From an uncultured Phycisphaeraceae bacterium (GTDB taxonomy: Bacteria > Planctomycetota > Phycisphaerae > Phycisphaerales > UBA1924): DNA of 30,654 nt. The notes beneath the pieces are model-generated. The model was not told where the DNA came from, searched no databases, and saw only the letters and a list, made by a program, of their open reading frames with translations. This document shows positions 1 through 8,851 of the stretch, piece by piece. A program made the position numbers and the translations under genes. The stretch covers positions 1-30,654 of the forward strand of contig CAZMPE010000001.1 in the NCBI GenBank assembly GCA_964567955.1, read 5' to 3'. Position 1 is the first letter of the stretch. Each line of letters starts with the position of its first letter.

Positions 1-1
1 G

Positions 2-127
2 CGCAACACGTGGGCTGATGGCGCGGCGTACGACGCGCAGGCGAAGAAGCTGGCCAAGCTCTTCCGCGAGAACGACGCCAAGTTCGAGATGCCCGACAGC
101 GTGCGCGCGGCCGGGCCCCGGGCCTGA
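2..127 (+). CDS. pckA: Phosphoenolpyruvate carboxykinase (ATP), C-terminal fragment (gene starts left of window)
   Basis: Frame from nt 2 reads [41 protein letters not shown], matching the typical ATP-PEPCK C-terminus (NTW..K.AYD.QA.KLA..F..N...AAGP). Not in ORF track. Confidence 0.75.
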   Translation, partial: RNTWADGAAYDAQAKKLAKLFRENDAKFEMPDSVRAAGPRA

Positions 128-164
128 GACCGTCCGGTTTCACACGACTCCGGAGCCGGCAGCC

Positions 165-944
165 TTGAAGCAACGCAGACCCTATATCGGCGGCAACTGG
201 AAGATGAACACCAACCGGCTGTCCGCCGCCACACTGGCGCGTGCGGTCGTGGATGCCCTCGTCGGCACGCAGGGCGTGGATGTCGCCGTCTTCCCGCCGT
301 TCCCGTTCCTGCTCAGCGTCGGCGCGATCCTGCGCGAGCGCGGCTCGTTCATCCGCCTCGGCGCCCAGGACGTCTACCACGAGCCCGACGGCGCGTTCAC
401 CGGCGAGGTCTCCATCCCGATGCTCAAGGACTGCGGCGTGTCCGTCGTCCTCACCGGCCACTCCGAGCGCCGGCACGTCATCGGTGAATCGGAGACGATC
501 GTCCACGAAAAGACCCAGGCCGTCCTCAACAGCGGGCTCGACTGCATCCTCTGCGTCGGCGAACGGCTCGATGAACGCGAGGCCGGACGCACCGACATGG
601 TCAACGAGGAGCAGGTGCGCCTCGGACTCCGCGGCGTGCCGCCCGAGCAGATCGCCCGACTTACGATCGCCTACGAGCCTGTCTGGGCGATCGGCACCGG
701 CCGCACGGCGACCCCCGCGGACGCTCAGAGCGCCCAGGCCAACATCCGCTCGGTCCTCACCGATCTGTACGGAGCCGAGATCGCCTCCCGGGTCCGCATC
801 ATGTACGGCGGATCGCTGAAGGCGAGCCACGCCACCGACCTGTTTGCCCAGCGCGATATCGACGGCGGACTCGTCGGCGGGGCCTCCCTGAGCCCGGCGG
901 AGTTCGTGGCGATCGTGCGTGCCGCAGCCAAATCGGGGGGCTGA
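165..944 (+). CDS. tpiA: Triosephosphate isomerase
   Basis: Motifs GGNWKMN, GAFTGEVS, GHSERRH, AYEPVWAIGTG, DGGLVGGASL. Start placed at TTG 165; the ORF-track extension to nt 18 overlaps pckA. Confidence 0.97.
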   Translation: MKQRRPYIGGNWKMNTNRLSAATLARAVVDALVGTQGVDVAVFPPFPFLLSVGAILRERGSFIRLGAQDVYHEPDGAFTGEVSIPMLKDCGVSVVLTGHSERRHVIGESETIVHEKTQAVLNSGLDCILCVGERLDEREAGRTDMVNEEQVRLGLRGVPPEQIARLTIAYEPVWAIGTGRTATPADAQSAQANIRSVLTDLYGAEIASRVRIMYGGSLKASHATDLFAQRDIDGGLVGGASLSPAEFVAIVRAAAKSGG

Positions 945-1019
945 GCCCCTCCCCCTCCACCCCCGTCGCCGACCTAGACTTCCCCCCCTTCGCCCCGGCG
1001 AACCCAGGAGTCGGACCGC

Positions 1020-1538
1020 ATGTCGATACTGCTCGGTTTCAACTCGATTCTCACCTCGATCCTGGTGGTCCTGTTTCTTTTGGTGTGCGTGCTGCTCATC
1101 CTGGTCGTGCTGATCCAGCGTCCCTCCGGCGGCGGGCTCTCCGGCGCGTTCGGGTCGGGGGCCGGTTCGGGCCAGACAGCTTTCGGCGCCAAGACCGGCG
1201 ACGCGCTCACCTACGCCACGGTCGGCATCTTCATCGTCTTCCTCATCCTGGCGATCGGCCTGAACTATGCGGCGCGGCCGCCCAAGCCATCGACAATCCC
1301 GACCGCCACCTCCGTACCCGGCACCGAGTCGCCCGCGACGACCACCGAAACCGACGCGACAGGCGCCGCTCCGGCGGGTTCCGACCCCGCCGCCGGCGCC
1401 GCCACGACGACGACAGAGCCCCCCGCCACGACAACCGAACCCCCCGCGACGACAACCGAGCCGCCGGCGACGACGGAGCCGAAGCCCGCGGATCCGGTCA
1501 CGCCCGATCCCGCGCCGGCAAACCCGCCGCCCCGCTGA
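1020..1538 (+). CDS. secG: Preprotein translocase subunit SecG with long Pro/Thr-rich C-terminal tail
   Basis: TM1 ending in VVLIQ, glycine loop GGGLSGAFG..GQTAFG, TM2; AGGAG RBS; follows tpiA as is common. Confidence 0.92.
   Translation: MSILLGFNSILTSILVVLFLLVCVLLILVVLIQRPSGGGLSGAFGSGAGSGQTAFGAKTGDALTYATVGIFIVFLILAIGLNYAARPPKPSTIPTATSVPGTESPATTTETDATGAAPAGSDPAAGAATTTTEPPATTTEPPATTTEPPATTEPKPADPVTPDPAPANPPPR
1407..1490 (+). repeat. In-frame 21-bp tandem repeat encoding (TTTEPPA)x3 + TTEPKPA
   Basis: acgacgacagagccccccgcc / acgacaaccgaaccccccgcg / acgacaaccgagccgccggcg / acgacggagccgaagcccgcg read directly. Confidence 0.9.
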
Positions 1539-1618
1539 GGGCGGGCCCGTCTGATAGACTCAGCGCGCGGCCGGCGTCGGTCGCGAATGGCGCATCGATC
1601 ACGAGCGGAGCCCGATTT

Positions 1619-2506
1619 TTGATCCGCAGCATGACCGGATTCGGCGAGGCCTCGGCCCAGGTGGACGGGGTCCACTACTTTGTCGAGGTCCGCTCCCTCA
1701 ACAGCAAGTACTTCAAGGCCGTGATGCGGCTCCCCGAGGAGTACCAGGGCCTCGAGGCGGAGATCGAATCCGTCCTGCGGGCGCGCCTGGCCCGCGGCAC
1801 GGTCACCCTGACGGCCAAGTGCACGGACACCAGCGAGGCCGCGGCGCTCGAGGTCAACCATCGCGCCCTGGACCGCTACGTCGAGCAGCTCCGCCGTTCG
1901 CCGGTGTTTTCCAAAGGCACTCCGATCGATGTCGGGGCGCTGCTGGCGCTGCCCGGCGTCCTGCAGCCGCCGACCAACGAGGAGGCGCGGTTCGCCCGCG
2001 CCCGGACCGCCTTCCTGCCCCTGGTCGAGCGGGCCTGTTCGGGCCTGCTCGCGATGCGGGGCGTCGAGGGCAAGGCGTTGCTCGATGACCTGATCCACCA
2101 GCGGGAGATGATCGACGAGCGGCTCCGCCTCATCAGCGAACGCGCACCGCTGGTCGTCACCGAGTACGAGAACCGGCTCAAGGCCCGCATCGACACGCTG
2201 CTCCAGAGCGCGCAGGTCCGCGTCGAGCCGGTCGAACTCATCCGCGAGATCGCCGTCTACGCCGAGCGCACGGACATCGCCGAAGAGATCAACCGCCTCA
2301 ACGGCCACATGGAGCAGTTCAACGATCTCCTCACCGCCGAGGGCGACAAGCCGGTGGGCCGCACGCTTGACGTCCTCGCCCAGGAGATGCTCCGCGAGGC
2401 GAACACCATCGCCAGCAAATCGCCCGATTCGGCGATCTCGCGTGCCATCGTCGAGGTCAAGGGCGCCATTGATCGGATTAAGGAACAGGTCCAGAACGTC
2501 GAATAG
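1619..2506 (+). CDS. yicC: YicC/YloC family endoribonuclease
   Basis: N-terminal MIRSMTGFG, VEVRSLNSKY, C-terminal EEINRL..H, GRTLDVLAQEMLREANTIASKS, IKEQVQNVE. TTG start at 1619 inferred. Confidence 0.93.
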   Translation: MIRSMTGFGEASAQVDGVHYFVEVRSLNSKYFKAVMRLPEEYQGLEAEIESVLRARLARGTVTLTAKCTDTSEAAALEVNHRALDRYVEQLRRSPVFSKGTPIDVGALLALPGVLQPPTNEEARFARARTAFLPLVERACSGLLAMRGVEGKALLDDLIHQREMIDERLRLISERAPLVVTEYENRLKARIDTLLQSAQVRVEPVELIREIAVYAERTDIAEEINRLNGHMEQFNDLLTAEGDKPVGRTLDVLAQEMLREANTIASKSPDSAISRAIVEVKGAIDRIKEQVQNVE

Positions 2507-2575
2507 GACCCGCCCGGACGGATCCCCCCTCTTGGGCGGGAACGCCCGGGCCGTCCCGTTCGAATAGACCGGCGG

Positions 2576-3757
2576 ATGACTGACCCTCGCGGAGTCCAAG
2601 GTTCAGGCGAGCACCCCGGCAGCGGCGGACGGGCTATCGGCCTCGGCAGCCCGGGAGAGTCCTCCGTTCCGCCCCTCAGCGCCGGCACGCTCTCGGCCGA
2701 AGGGACCGGAGCCGAGCCGCGCGCCGCACGCGAACAGTTCGACGCCGGTGAACTCGCCATGGTCTGCTCCCATTTCGACGTGGGGGTCATCGAGGCCGTC
2801 CGCGAATATCGGCGCGGCTCCAGCCGCGCACCCAAGGTCGCGCTCAAGACGAGCGGGGGCATGTACCTGCTCAAACGCCGCGCCGCCGGCTCGGGCAAGG
2901 ATTCGGCCAACCGCGTCGCTCTGAGCCACGCTGTGCAGGCGCACCTCGCGCAGCGCCGCTTCCCGCTCCCCCGCCTCGTCCGTACGCGCGAGAACGCCTC
3001 GACAAGCCTCGAGCTCAACGGGCGCGTCTACGAGCTCTTTGAGTTCGTCCCGGGCAACGGGTACGACGGCTCGCTCGACGCCACCGGCGACGCCGGCCGG
3101 CTGCTCGCCTTCTTCCACAAGCTCCTCGGCAGCTTCGAAACCCGCTCCTACACGCCCCCGGTCAACACGTTCCACCGCGCCCGGGGCGTGGAGGAGCACC
3201 TGACCCGCGTGGGCGAGAACCTGCTTCAGCGCGCGGGCTCCACCGCGCCCGCCGCGGACCGCCTCCGCATCACCTACACCGACGCCGCCAGGCGCGTGGA
3301 CCGGATCGGCATCGGCGCATGGCCGCTCACCGTGCTCCACGGGGACTGGCACCCTGGGAACATGGTCTTCCGCGGCTCACGCGTCGTCGCCGTGATCGAC
3401 TACGACTCGGTCCGTGTCGCCCCGCGCATCATCGATATCGCCAACGGCGTCATGCAGTTCTCGATCGTCCGGGCCGGCGACGACCCCGAGCGCTGGCCCC
3501 CCCATCTTGACGAGGGGCGGTTCAAGCGATTCTGCCGCGGCTACGAGACCGTCAAGGACTGTGTCATCAGCAGCGCCGAACTCGAGGCCCTTCCCTGGCT
3601 GATGATCGAGGCCCTGATCGTCGAAGCGCTCATCCCCATCGCCGCCACCGGCTCGTTCGCCGGTCACAGCGCCGCCTCCTTCCTCCGCATGGTCGATGTC
3701 AAGACCGCCTGGCTGGCCCAGCACGCCGCGCGACTGACCGCCCTTGTCGGGGATTGA
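2576..3757 (+). CDS. Aminoglycoside phosphotransferase / type II homoserine kinase-like kinase
   Basis: Catalytic loop LHGDWHPGN and metal-binding VIDYD; YLLKRR lysine strand; LFEFVPG hinge. Confidence 0.8.
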   Translation: MTDPRGVQGSGEHPGSGGRAIGLGSPGESSVPPLSAGTLSAEGTGAEPRAAREQFDAGELAMVCSHFDVGVIEAVREYRRGSSRAPKVALKTSGGMYLLKRRAAGSGKDSANRVALSHAVQAHLAQRRFPLPRLVRTRENASTSLELNGRVYELFEFVPGNGYDGSLDATGDAGRLLAFFHKLLGSFETRSYTPPVNTFHRARGVEEHLTRVGENLLQRAGSTAPAADRLRITYTDAARRVDRIGIGAWPLTVLHGDWHPGNMVFRGSRVVAVIDYDSVRVAPRIIDIANGVMQFSIVRAGDDPERWPPHLDEGRFKRFCRGYETVKDCVISSAELEALPWLMIEALIVEALIPIAATGSFAGHSAASFLRMVDVKTAWLAQHAARLTALVGD

Positions 3758-3827
3758 CGCCCGTTCCGGCCGGGCGGAAATACGTAACGGACCTGCAACA
3801 ACCCGTTCCTCCGGGGGCGTTCTCCGG

Positions 3828-3833
3828 TACAAT
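3828..3833 (+). promoter_or_regulatory. Putative sigma70 -10 element (TACAAT) for the PDZ gene
   Basis: TACAAT about 35 nt upstream of GTG 3868, with GGAGG RBS at 3857-3861; -35 not convincing. Confidence 0.45.
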
Positions 3834-3867
3834 CCCGCAGTCCACGCCCTACGACCGGAGGCCGCGC

Positions 3868-4947
3868 GTGACCATCCGCCGCACCGCCCGACTCTTGATC
3901 TTCTGTGCTGCCGTGGCGGTTCCGCCGGTGGCCGGGCAGGTCGGCCCTCCCGCCCTCGATCAACTCGTGTCGGACCTCGATTCCATGGACGCGGCCCGCC
4001 GCCTCCAGGCTACCGGTGTCCTTTCCGACAGCCCGGATCTGGCCCTCAGGGACCTCGAGCCGATCCTGCTCCGCCCCGACCTCTCGCCGGAGCAGCGGAC
4101 CCGCCTTTTGACCGCGGCGAAGAACCGGTTCCAGTCCGAGCCACGCGCCGCTCTCGGCGTCGAGTTCGACATCGAACTCCCCGAAGAAGCGGGCGTTCAT
4201 TTGCGCCGCACCATCCCCGGTTTCGCCGCCGCGGACATCCTGCGGGCCGGCGACCGCATCGATTACGTCGACGGCGTCCGCCTCGCGGGGCGCGAACACA
4301 TTCGCGCGATGATCATCTCGCGCGACCCGGGCGACACACTGTCCCTCGGCGTCCTGCGCAACGGGTCCCTGATCACCGTCGAGGTCCCCTTGGGCCGATT
4401 CCGCGATCTGGACGACCCGCTCTCCGGGCGCAGCGGCAACAGCATGATCGGCGCCGCGCTGGTCCGCGCCTGGGCGATCCGCTCGGAGCCCTACGCCGCA
4501 CTCGAACACGCCAACACACGGACCATCGACAGCGGCCTGACGCCCGCGGCGTGGCAGCCCGACGGCGCGCCGCCGGCCGGGTCCTTCGATGAGCAGCGCC
4601 GCCAGCCGACCGTGGTGATGGGGGGCACAGCCCGCGGCGGAGTCGATCCTCAACAGGTCGATCTCTCTCAGAACTGGACGCCGGGGAGCGGCCGGGTCAA
4701 TCCCGGCGCCAACGGCCGACAAATGGGTCTGGACGAGATCCTCCGAACACGACTGGCCAACAGCCGTCAGCAAAGGGCTCAACTGGCCCAGATCGCCGGC
4801 CTGCTGCGCCGCCAGGTCGAGTCCCCCAACCTGGGCCCCGTCATGCGTGAGAGCCTCAAACGCGATCTCGACCAGTACGAGCAGGCGATCCGAGCCCTGG
4901 ACGCCTCGATCACCGCGATCCAGGACGAACTGATGCGCCGTCGTTAG
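3868..4947 (+). CDS. Secreted PDZ-domain protein with helical N-terminus and coiled-coil C-terminus
   Basis: Signal-like N-terminus; PDZ signature ALGV...PGFAAADILRAGDRIDYVDG...PGDTLSLGVLRNG; GGAGG RBS before GTG 3868. Confidence 0.75.
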   Translation: MTIRRTARLLIFCAAVAVPPVAGQVGPPALDQLVSDLDSMDAARRLQATGVLSDSPDLALRDLEPILLRPDLSPEQRTRLLTAAKNRFQSEPRAALGVEFDIELPEEAGVHLRRTIPGFAAADILRAGDRIDYVDGVRLAGREHIRAMIISRDPGDTLSLGVLRNGSLITVEVPLGRFRDLDDPLSGRSGNSMIGAALVRAWAIRSEPYAALEHANTRTIDSGLTPAAWQPDGAPPAGSFDEQRRQPTVVMGGTARGGVDPQQVDLSQNWTPGSGRVNPGANGRQMGLDEILRTRLANSRQQRAQLAQIAGLLRRQVESPNLGPVMRESLKRDLDQYEQAIRALDASITAIQDELMRRR

Positions 4948-5133
4948 CCCGCCACGCCCCCGGGGAGCCAGGAATGCCCGAAACGTCCGGAAACCGTGGG
5001 GGTGGCGGGGCCAGACCCGGGCGGGCTCCCCGTGCGTATGGAATTCGTGGAGGTGCGGGGGTCGAAGTGCGCCGTTCGGCGCCGCGCCGCCCGATAAGAG
5101 GAGAAGACGGGGAGTTGGAGGAGTCGTTCGCCC

Positions 5134-8100
5134 ATGGCCACCCGTTCTGAGTCCAACCCGCCGGAAACCCGGACCGCGACCGATCCGGCCGCCATCCGGC
5201 CGGTGGCCGAGAGCCTCCGGCGAGTCCGCATCCGCGCCCGGCTCTGGCTCATCACCAGCGCGCTGGCATGGCTCGTGTGCCTGCTGATCGCCGGTGTCCT
5301 GGCGACCTCGTTTGTCGATTACCTCCTGCTGCTGCCCTCGTGGCTGCGCGCCATCGTCCTGGGAATCGGCGCGATAGCCCTCGCAGGCCTGGTCGTCCGC
5401 TGGCTCGTGCCCGCGGTCCGATTCAATCCCAGCCTGACCGAGGTCGCCTTGCGGATCGAACGGACCCCCGAAGGGCAGAACGCGGGGCTCACCGGTGTGC
5501 TCGCGTCGGGCCTCGAGTTGTCCAAAGCCGAATCCGCCGGCCACCCGACCCCCGCCGCACGTTGGATGGCCGGTCGAGTCATCGAGGACGCCGCGAACCG
5601 CTTCCGTCGCTTCCGCGCCTCCGTCGTTCTGAATAACGTCCGGCTGCGCGAGAGCTTCCTGCTGGTGGTCGCGGCGTTGATCGTCGCCGGCGTCGTCGTC
5701 GCGGCGGCGGGCCTGTCCAATACGCAGATCGGACTGACCCGCGTGCTGGCCCCGTGGAGCGGCGTGGACTGGCCGCGCCGCACCGAGGTCGCCGACGCCA
5801 CCAGTTTCGCCGTGCATCCGCTCGGGACGGCCCTTCCGCTGCGTGCCGCCGTCCTCCGGACCGACGCCGCGCCCGGCCAGACGCGCGTCTCGGCCCGGTA
5901 CCGGCTCTACTCGGGCGGCGAGCCGGGCCCGCTCGTCCGCACCGAACTGCCGGCGCAGGACCGCGACATCCGCGTCTCCTCCCCGACCGGGGGCGAGGAT
6001 CAGTGGGGCGAACTTTATGAACGGCTGATCGAGCCCGCGGCCCTCGGCCTGGTGCGCGAGAGGCCCGATGCCGGCGCGAGCGTCGCCGAGCTCGAGTATT
6101 GGTTCGAGACCTCCGATGACCGGACGCCGGCGCGGCGGATCAAGCTGGTCTACCCGCCCACGGTCACCGGGGCCCGGGCCGAGGTCCGGCCGCCCGCGTA
6201 CGCGCCGCTGTCGGATTCGGGCAGGACGGCCCGGGCCGCGTACGTAGCCGGCACGCACGATCTCGGCCAGGGTCACGATCAGCGGGCGATCGTCGCGCCG
6301 GTCCTCGTCGGCTCGAGCATCACGCTCGAGATCGACTTCAGCAAGCCCGTGATCGCTCCCCCGCCGGAGGGCGACGCACGCCGCTCGTTCCTCTCCGCGG
6401 CGCTGCCCGGTGTCGAATTCGGCGCGGCCGCCGCGATGTCGTTCGGCGAAAGCTCCTGGACGATCGAGTGGACGCTCGCCGACTCGATCCGCATCCCCGT
6501 CGCTGCGCGCGACGAGCACGGGCTGACAAGCCCGGACGAATCGGCTTTCTCGTTCGAGGCGTTGCTCGACCGTCCTCCCGCCGCGGTCGTGACCGTCCCC
6601 GACCACGACGAGTCGGTCCTGGCGACGGCGGTGGTGGACGTGACCGGTGAGGGGCGCGACGACGTGTGGATCGAATCGGTCGCGCTGGACGCGCAGATCG
6701 CGCGCAAGCAGGCCGGATCGATCGGCGCCGCGCCGGAGGCCGTGGGCGAGCCAGCGCGTCTCGGCGCCCGTACCTTCGGCGAGACGGAGCGCCCGACCCA
6801 GGCCACCGTCACCGGACGGGCCGACCTTGCCCCCATGGCCCTCAAACCGGGCGACGAACTCTGGATCACCGCCGTCGTGGTCGACGGCTACAACCTCGAC
6901 GGCGCGCGCCACGAGCCCGTGCGTTCCACGCCCCGCCGACTGCGCGTGATCAGCGAGGACGAACTGGTCGGGCAGATCCGCTCCGAACTCGGAAACGTCC
7001 GCCAGGCCGCGATCAGAATCGATGAGGAGCAGGCCGGATTGCAGCAGTCCGCCGCGGCCGGCGAACTCTCGGCCGAGGAGCGGCGCCGCCAGGCGGGCAT
7101 CATCCAGCGGCTCGAGCGCCAGGGTCAGGCCGTCGAACGGATGTCGGAGCGTGCCGCGCGCAACAGCCTGGCCGACGCCTCGCTGACCGGCATGCTGCGC
7201 GATGTCGGTGAACTGCTGCGCGAGGCGGCCGCCTCCGGCGAAAAGGCCGACGCTCGAATCGACGACGCCGCGCGTCGGCTCGAGGAAGAGGAGTTGCTCC
7301 GTCTCACTCCTGAACAGGCCGAGTCGGTGCAGGAGGCGCAGAAGGAAGTCCGCGAGGCCATCGGTCAGGTCATCGAGATGCTCGACAAGGGCGAGGACAG
7401 CTGGGTCGTCCGGCGTGAGCTCCAGCGGCTGCTCGAGCAGCAGCGCGAGCTGCAGGACCGCACCCGCGCCGCCGGCGAGAACACCGTCGGACGATCCGAT
7501 CAGGAACTCACCCCGCAAGAACGCGCGGAACTCGCCGCCATCGCCGAGCAGCAGCAACGCCTCTCCGAACAGGCCCAGCGCGCCCTGGACGCGATGGAGA
7601 ACCGCGCCCAGCAGCTCCGCGAGGCCGACGCCGCGCAGGCCGCCGCCATGCAGCAGGCCGCCGAACGCGGGCGCAAGGGCCAGGTGCCCGAGCGGATGGA
7701 GCAGGCGTCGCGCAGCGCGGCCCAGAATCAGACCGGCGCGGCCCAGGAGCAGCAGCAGCAGGCGATGGACGCGATGGAGCAGATGCTCGACGACATGGAG
7801 AACGCGGAGCGCAACCGCGACGAGTCGCTCCGGCGCCTGCTCTCGAGCCTCATCGAGTCGCTCGACGGCTTGATCCTGCAGCAGGAGGTCGAGCTCGGCC
7901 GGATCACCGCGGCCCGCGACGACGGGTCGGGCTTCGCGGGCCTCGACGCCGGGATGATCCGCGTGAACCAGAACACGCTCGGCGTGCTCGGCGAGGCCAA
8001 GGCCGCCTTCCGCGAGATGGCGAAGGTCGCCGAGCTGATCGAGAACGCCGCCCAGTCGCAGTCCAACGCCGTGACCAGCCTGCGTGCCGATCCCGTGAAG

Positions 8101-8850
8101 GACGAGGAAGCGGAGCAGGCCGAGCAATCCAGCCTGCGGTCCCTCAAGCTCGCCCGCGAAGAGGCCCGGCGTCAGGAGGAGCAGGCCCGACAGCGCGATC
8201 AGGACCGCACGCGCCGCGAGCTGCGCCGCGTCTACCGCGACGCCCTCGAGCAGCAGATCGCGCTCCGCACCGAGACCGCGCCCTTCCTCGGGCGCGAGCC
8301 CGACCGGCGCGACCGCATGAAGATCCGCGCCTTCGGCGAGCGCCAGGAGACACTGCGGCAGACGCTCGCCGATCTCCACCGACGCACCGAGGAGATGTCC
8401 GAAGCACCCATCTTCGATTTCGCGCACCGGCAGCTCGAGCACGTGCTCGGGAACGCCGCCAAGGCGCTCCGCGCCGGCGCCGCCGCGCCCGCCGTCGGAC
8501 GCGACCAGGACGCCGCCGTCCGCATCCTCCAGTCGCTGGTGGAGGCGCTCGCCGACTCCAAGAACCAGAACGACGAGTTCCGCGACGCCGACAGCGGACA
8601 GCAGGGCGGCGGCGGCGACTCGCAACCGCAACCGCTGCTGCCGGACCTCGCGCAGCTCCGGCTGCTCCGCGGCATGCAGATCCAGGCCGCGGAACTGACG
8701 AGGGCGCTGCACGAATCCAGCGACCCCCGCGCGAAGGACGACATCCGGGCGCTCGGCGAGCTCCAGGGCGAGCTGGCGAGCCAGGCCGAGTCGCTCCTCC
8801 GGAAACTCGAAAGCCCGCAGCCCGGCGAGATGCCGGCGGGAGGGCCGTGA
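5134..8850 (+). CDS. Large membrane-anchored coiled-coil protein (DUF4175-like), 1238 aa
   Basis: Three N-terminal hydrophobic helices, beta-rich middle (RPPAYA, DRPPAAVVTVP, LKPGDEL), long E/Q/R/A coiled-coil C-terminal half; GGAGGAG RBS. Confidence 0.75.
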   Translation: MATRSESNPPETRTATDPAAIRPVAESLRRVRIRARLWLITSALAWLVCLLIAGVLATSFVDYLLLLPSWLRAIVLGIGAIALAGLVVRWLVPAVRFNPSLTEVALRIERTPEGQNAGLTGVLASGLELSKAESAGHPTPAARWMAGRVIEDAANRFRRFRASVVLNNVRLRESFLLVVAALIVAGVVVAAAGLSNTQIGLTRVLAPWSGVDWPRRTEVADATSFAVHPLGTALPLRAAVLRTDAAPGQTRVSARYRLYSGGEPGPLVRTELPAQDRDIRVSSPTGGEDQWGELYERLIEPAALGLVRERPDAGASVAELEYWFETSDDRTPARRIKLVYPPTVTGARAEVRPPAYAPLSDSGRTARAAYVAGTHDLGQGHDQRAIVAPVLVGSSITLEIDFSKPVIAPPPEGDARRSFLSAALPGVEFGAAAAMSFGESSWTIEWTLADSIRIPVAARDEHGLTSPDESAFSFEALLDRPPAAVVTVPDHDESVLATAVVDVTGEGRDDVWIESVALDAQIARKQAGSIGAAPEAVGEPARLGARTFGETERPTQATVTGRADLAPMALKPGDELWITAVVVDGYNLDGARHEPVRSTPRRLRVISEDELVGQIRSELGNVRQAAIRIDEEQAGLQQSAAAGELSAEERRRQAGIIQRLERQGQAVERMSERAARNSLADASLTGMLRDVGELLREAAASGEKADARIDDAARRLEEEELLRLTPEQAESVQEAQKEVREAIGQVIEMLDKGEDSWVVRRELQRLLEQQRELQDRTRAAGENTVGRSDQELTPQERAELAAIAEQQQRLSEQAQRALDAMENRAQQLREADAAQAAAMQQAAERGRKGQVPERMEQASRSAAQNQTGAAQEQQQQAMDAMEQMLDDMENAERNRDESLRRLLSSLIESLDGLILQQEVELGRITAARDDGSGFAGLDAGMIRVNQNTLGVLGEAKAAFREMAKVAELIENAAQSQSNAVTSLRADPVKDEEAEQAEQSSLRSLKLAREEARRQEEQARQRDQDRTRRELRRVYRDALEQQIALRTETAPFLGREPDRRDRMKIRAFGERQETLRQTLADLHRRTEEMSEAPIFDFAHRQLEHVLGNAAKALRAGAAAPAVGRDQDAAVRILQSLVEALADSKNQNDEFRDADSGQQGGGGDSQPQPLLPDLAQLRLLRGMQIQAAELTRALHESSDPRAKDDIRALGELQGELASQAESLLRKLESPQPGEMPAGGP

Positions 8851-8851
8851 C

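Noticed and set aside
18-164. N-terminal extension of tpiA in the ORF track (likewise for yicC, murF, ispD, SpoIID, paralogues 1 and 2)
   Set aside because: Extensions overlap neighbouring genes or promoters and precede the conserved N-terminal motif or RBS; starts were moved downstream.
3868-4947. HtrA/DegP or tail-specific protease call
   Set aside because: PDZ present but no catalytic protease motif seen.
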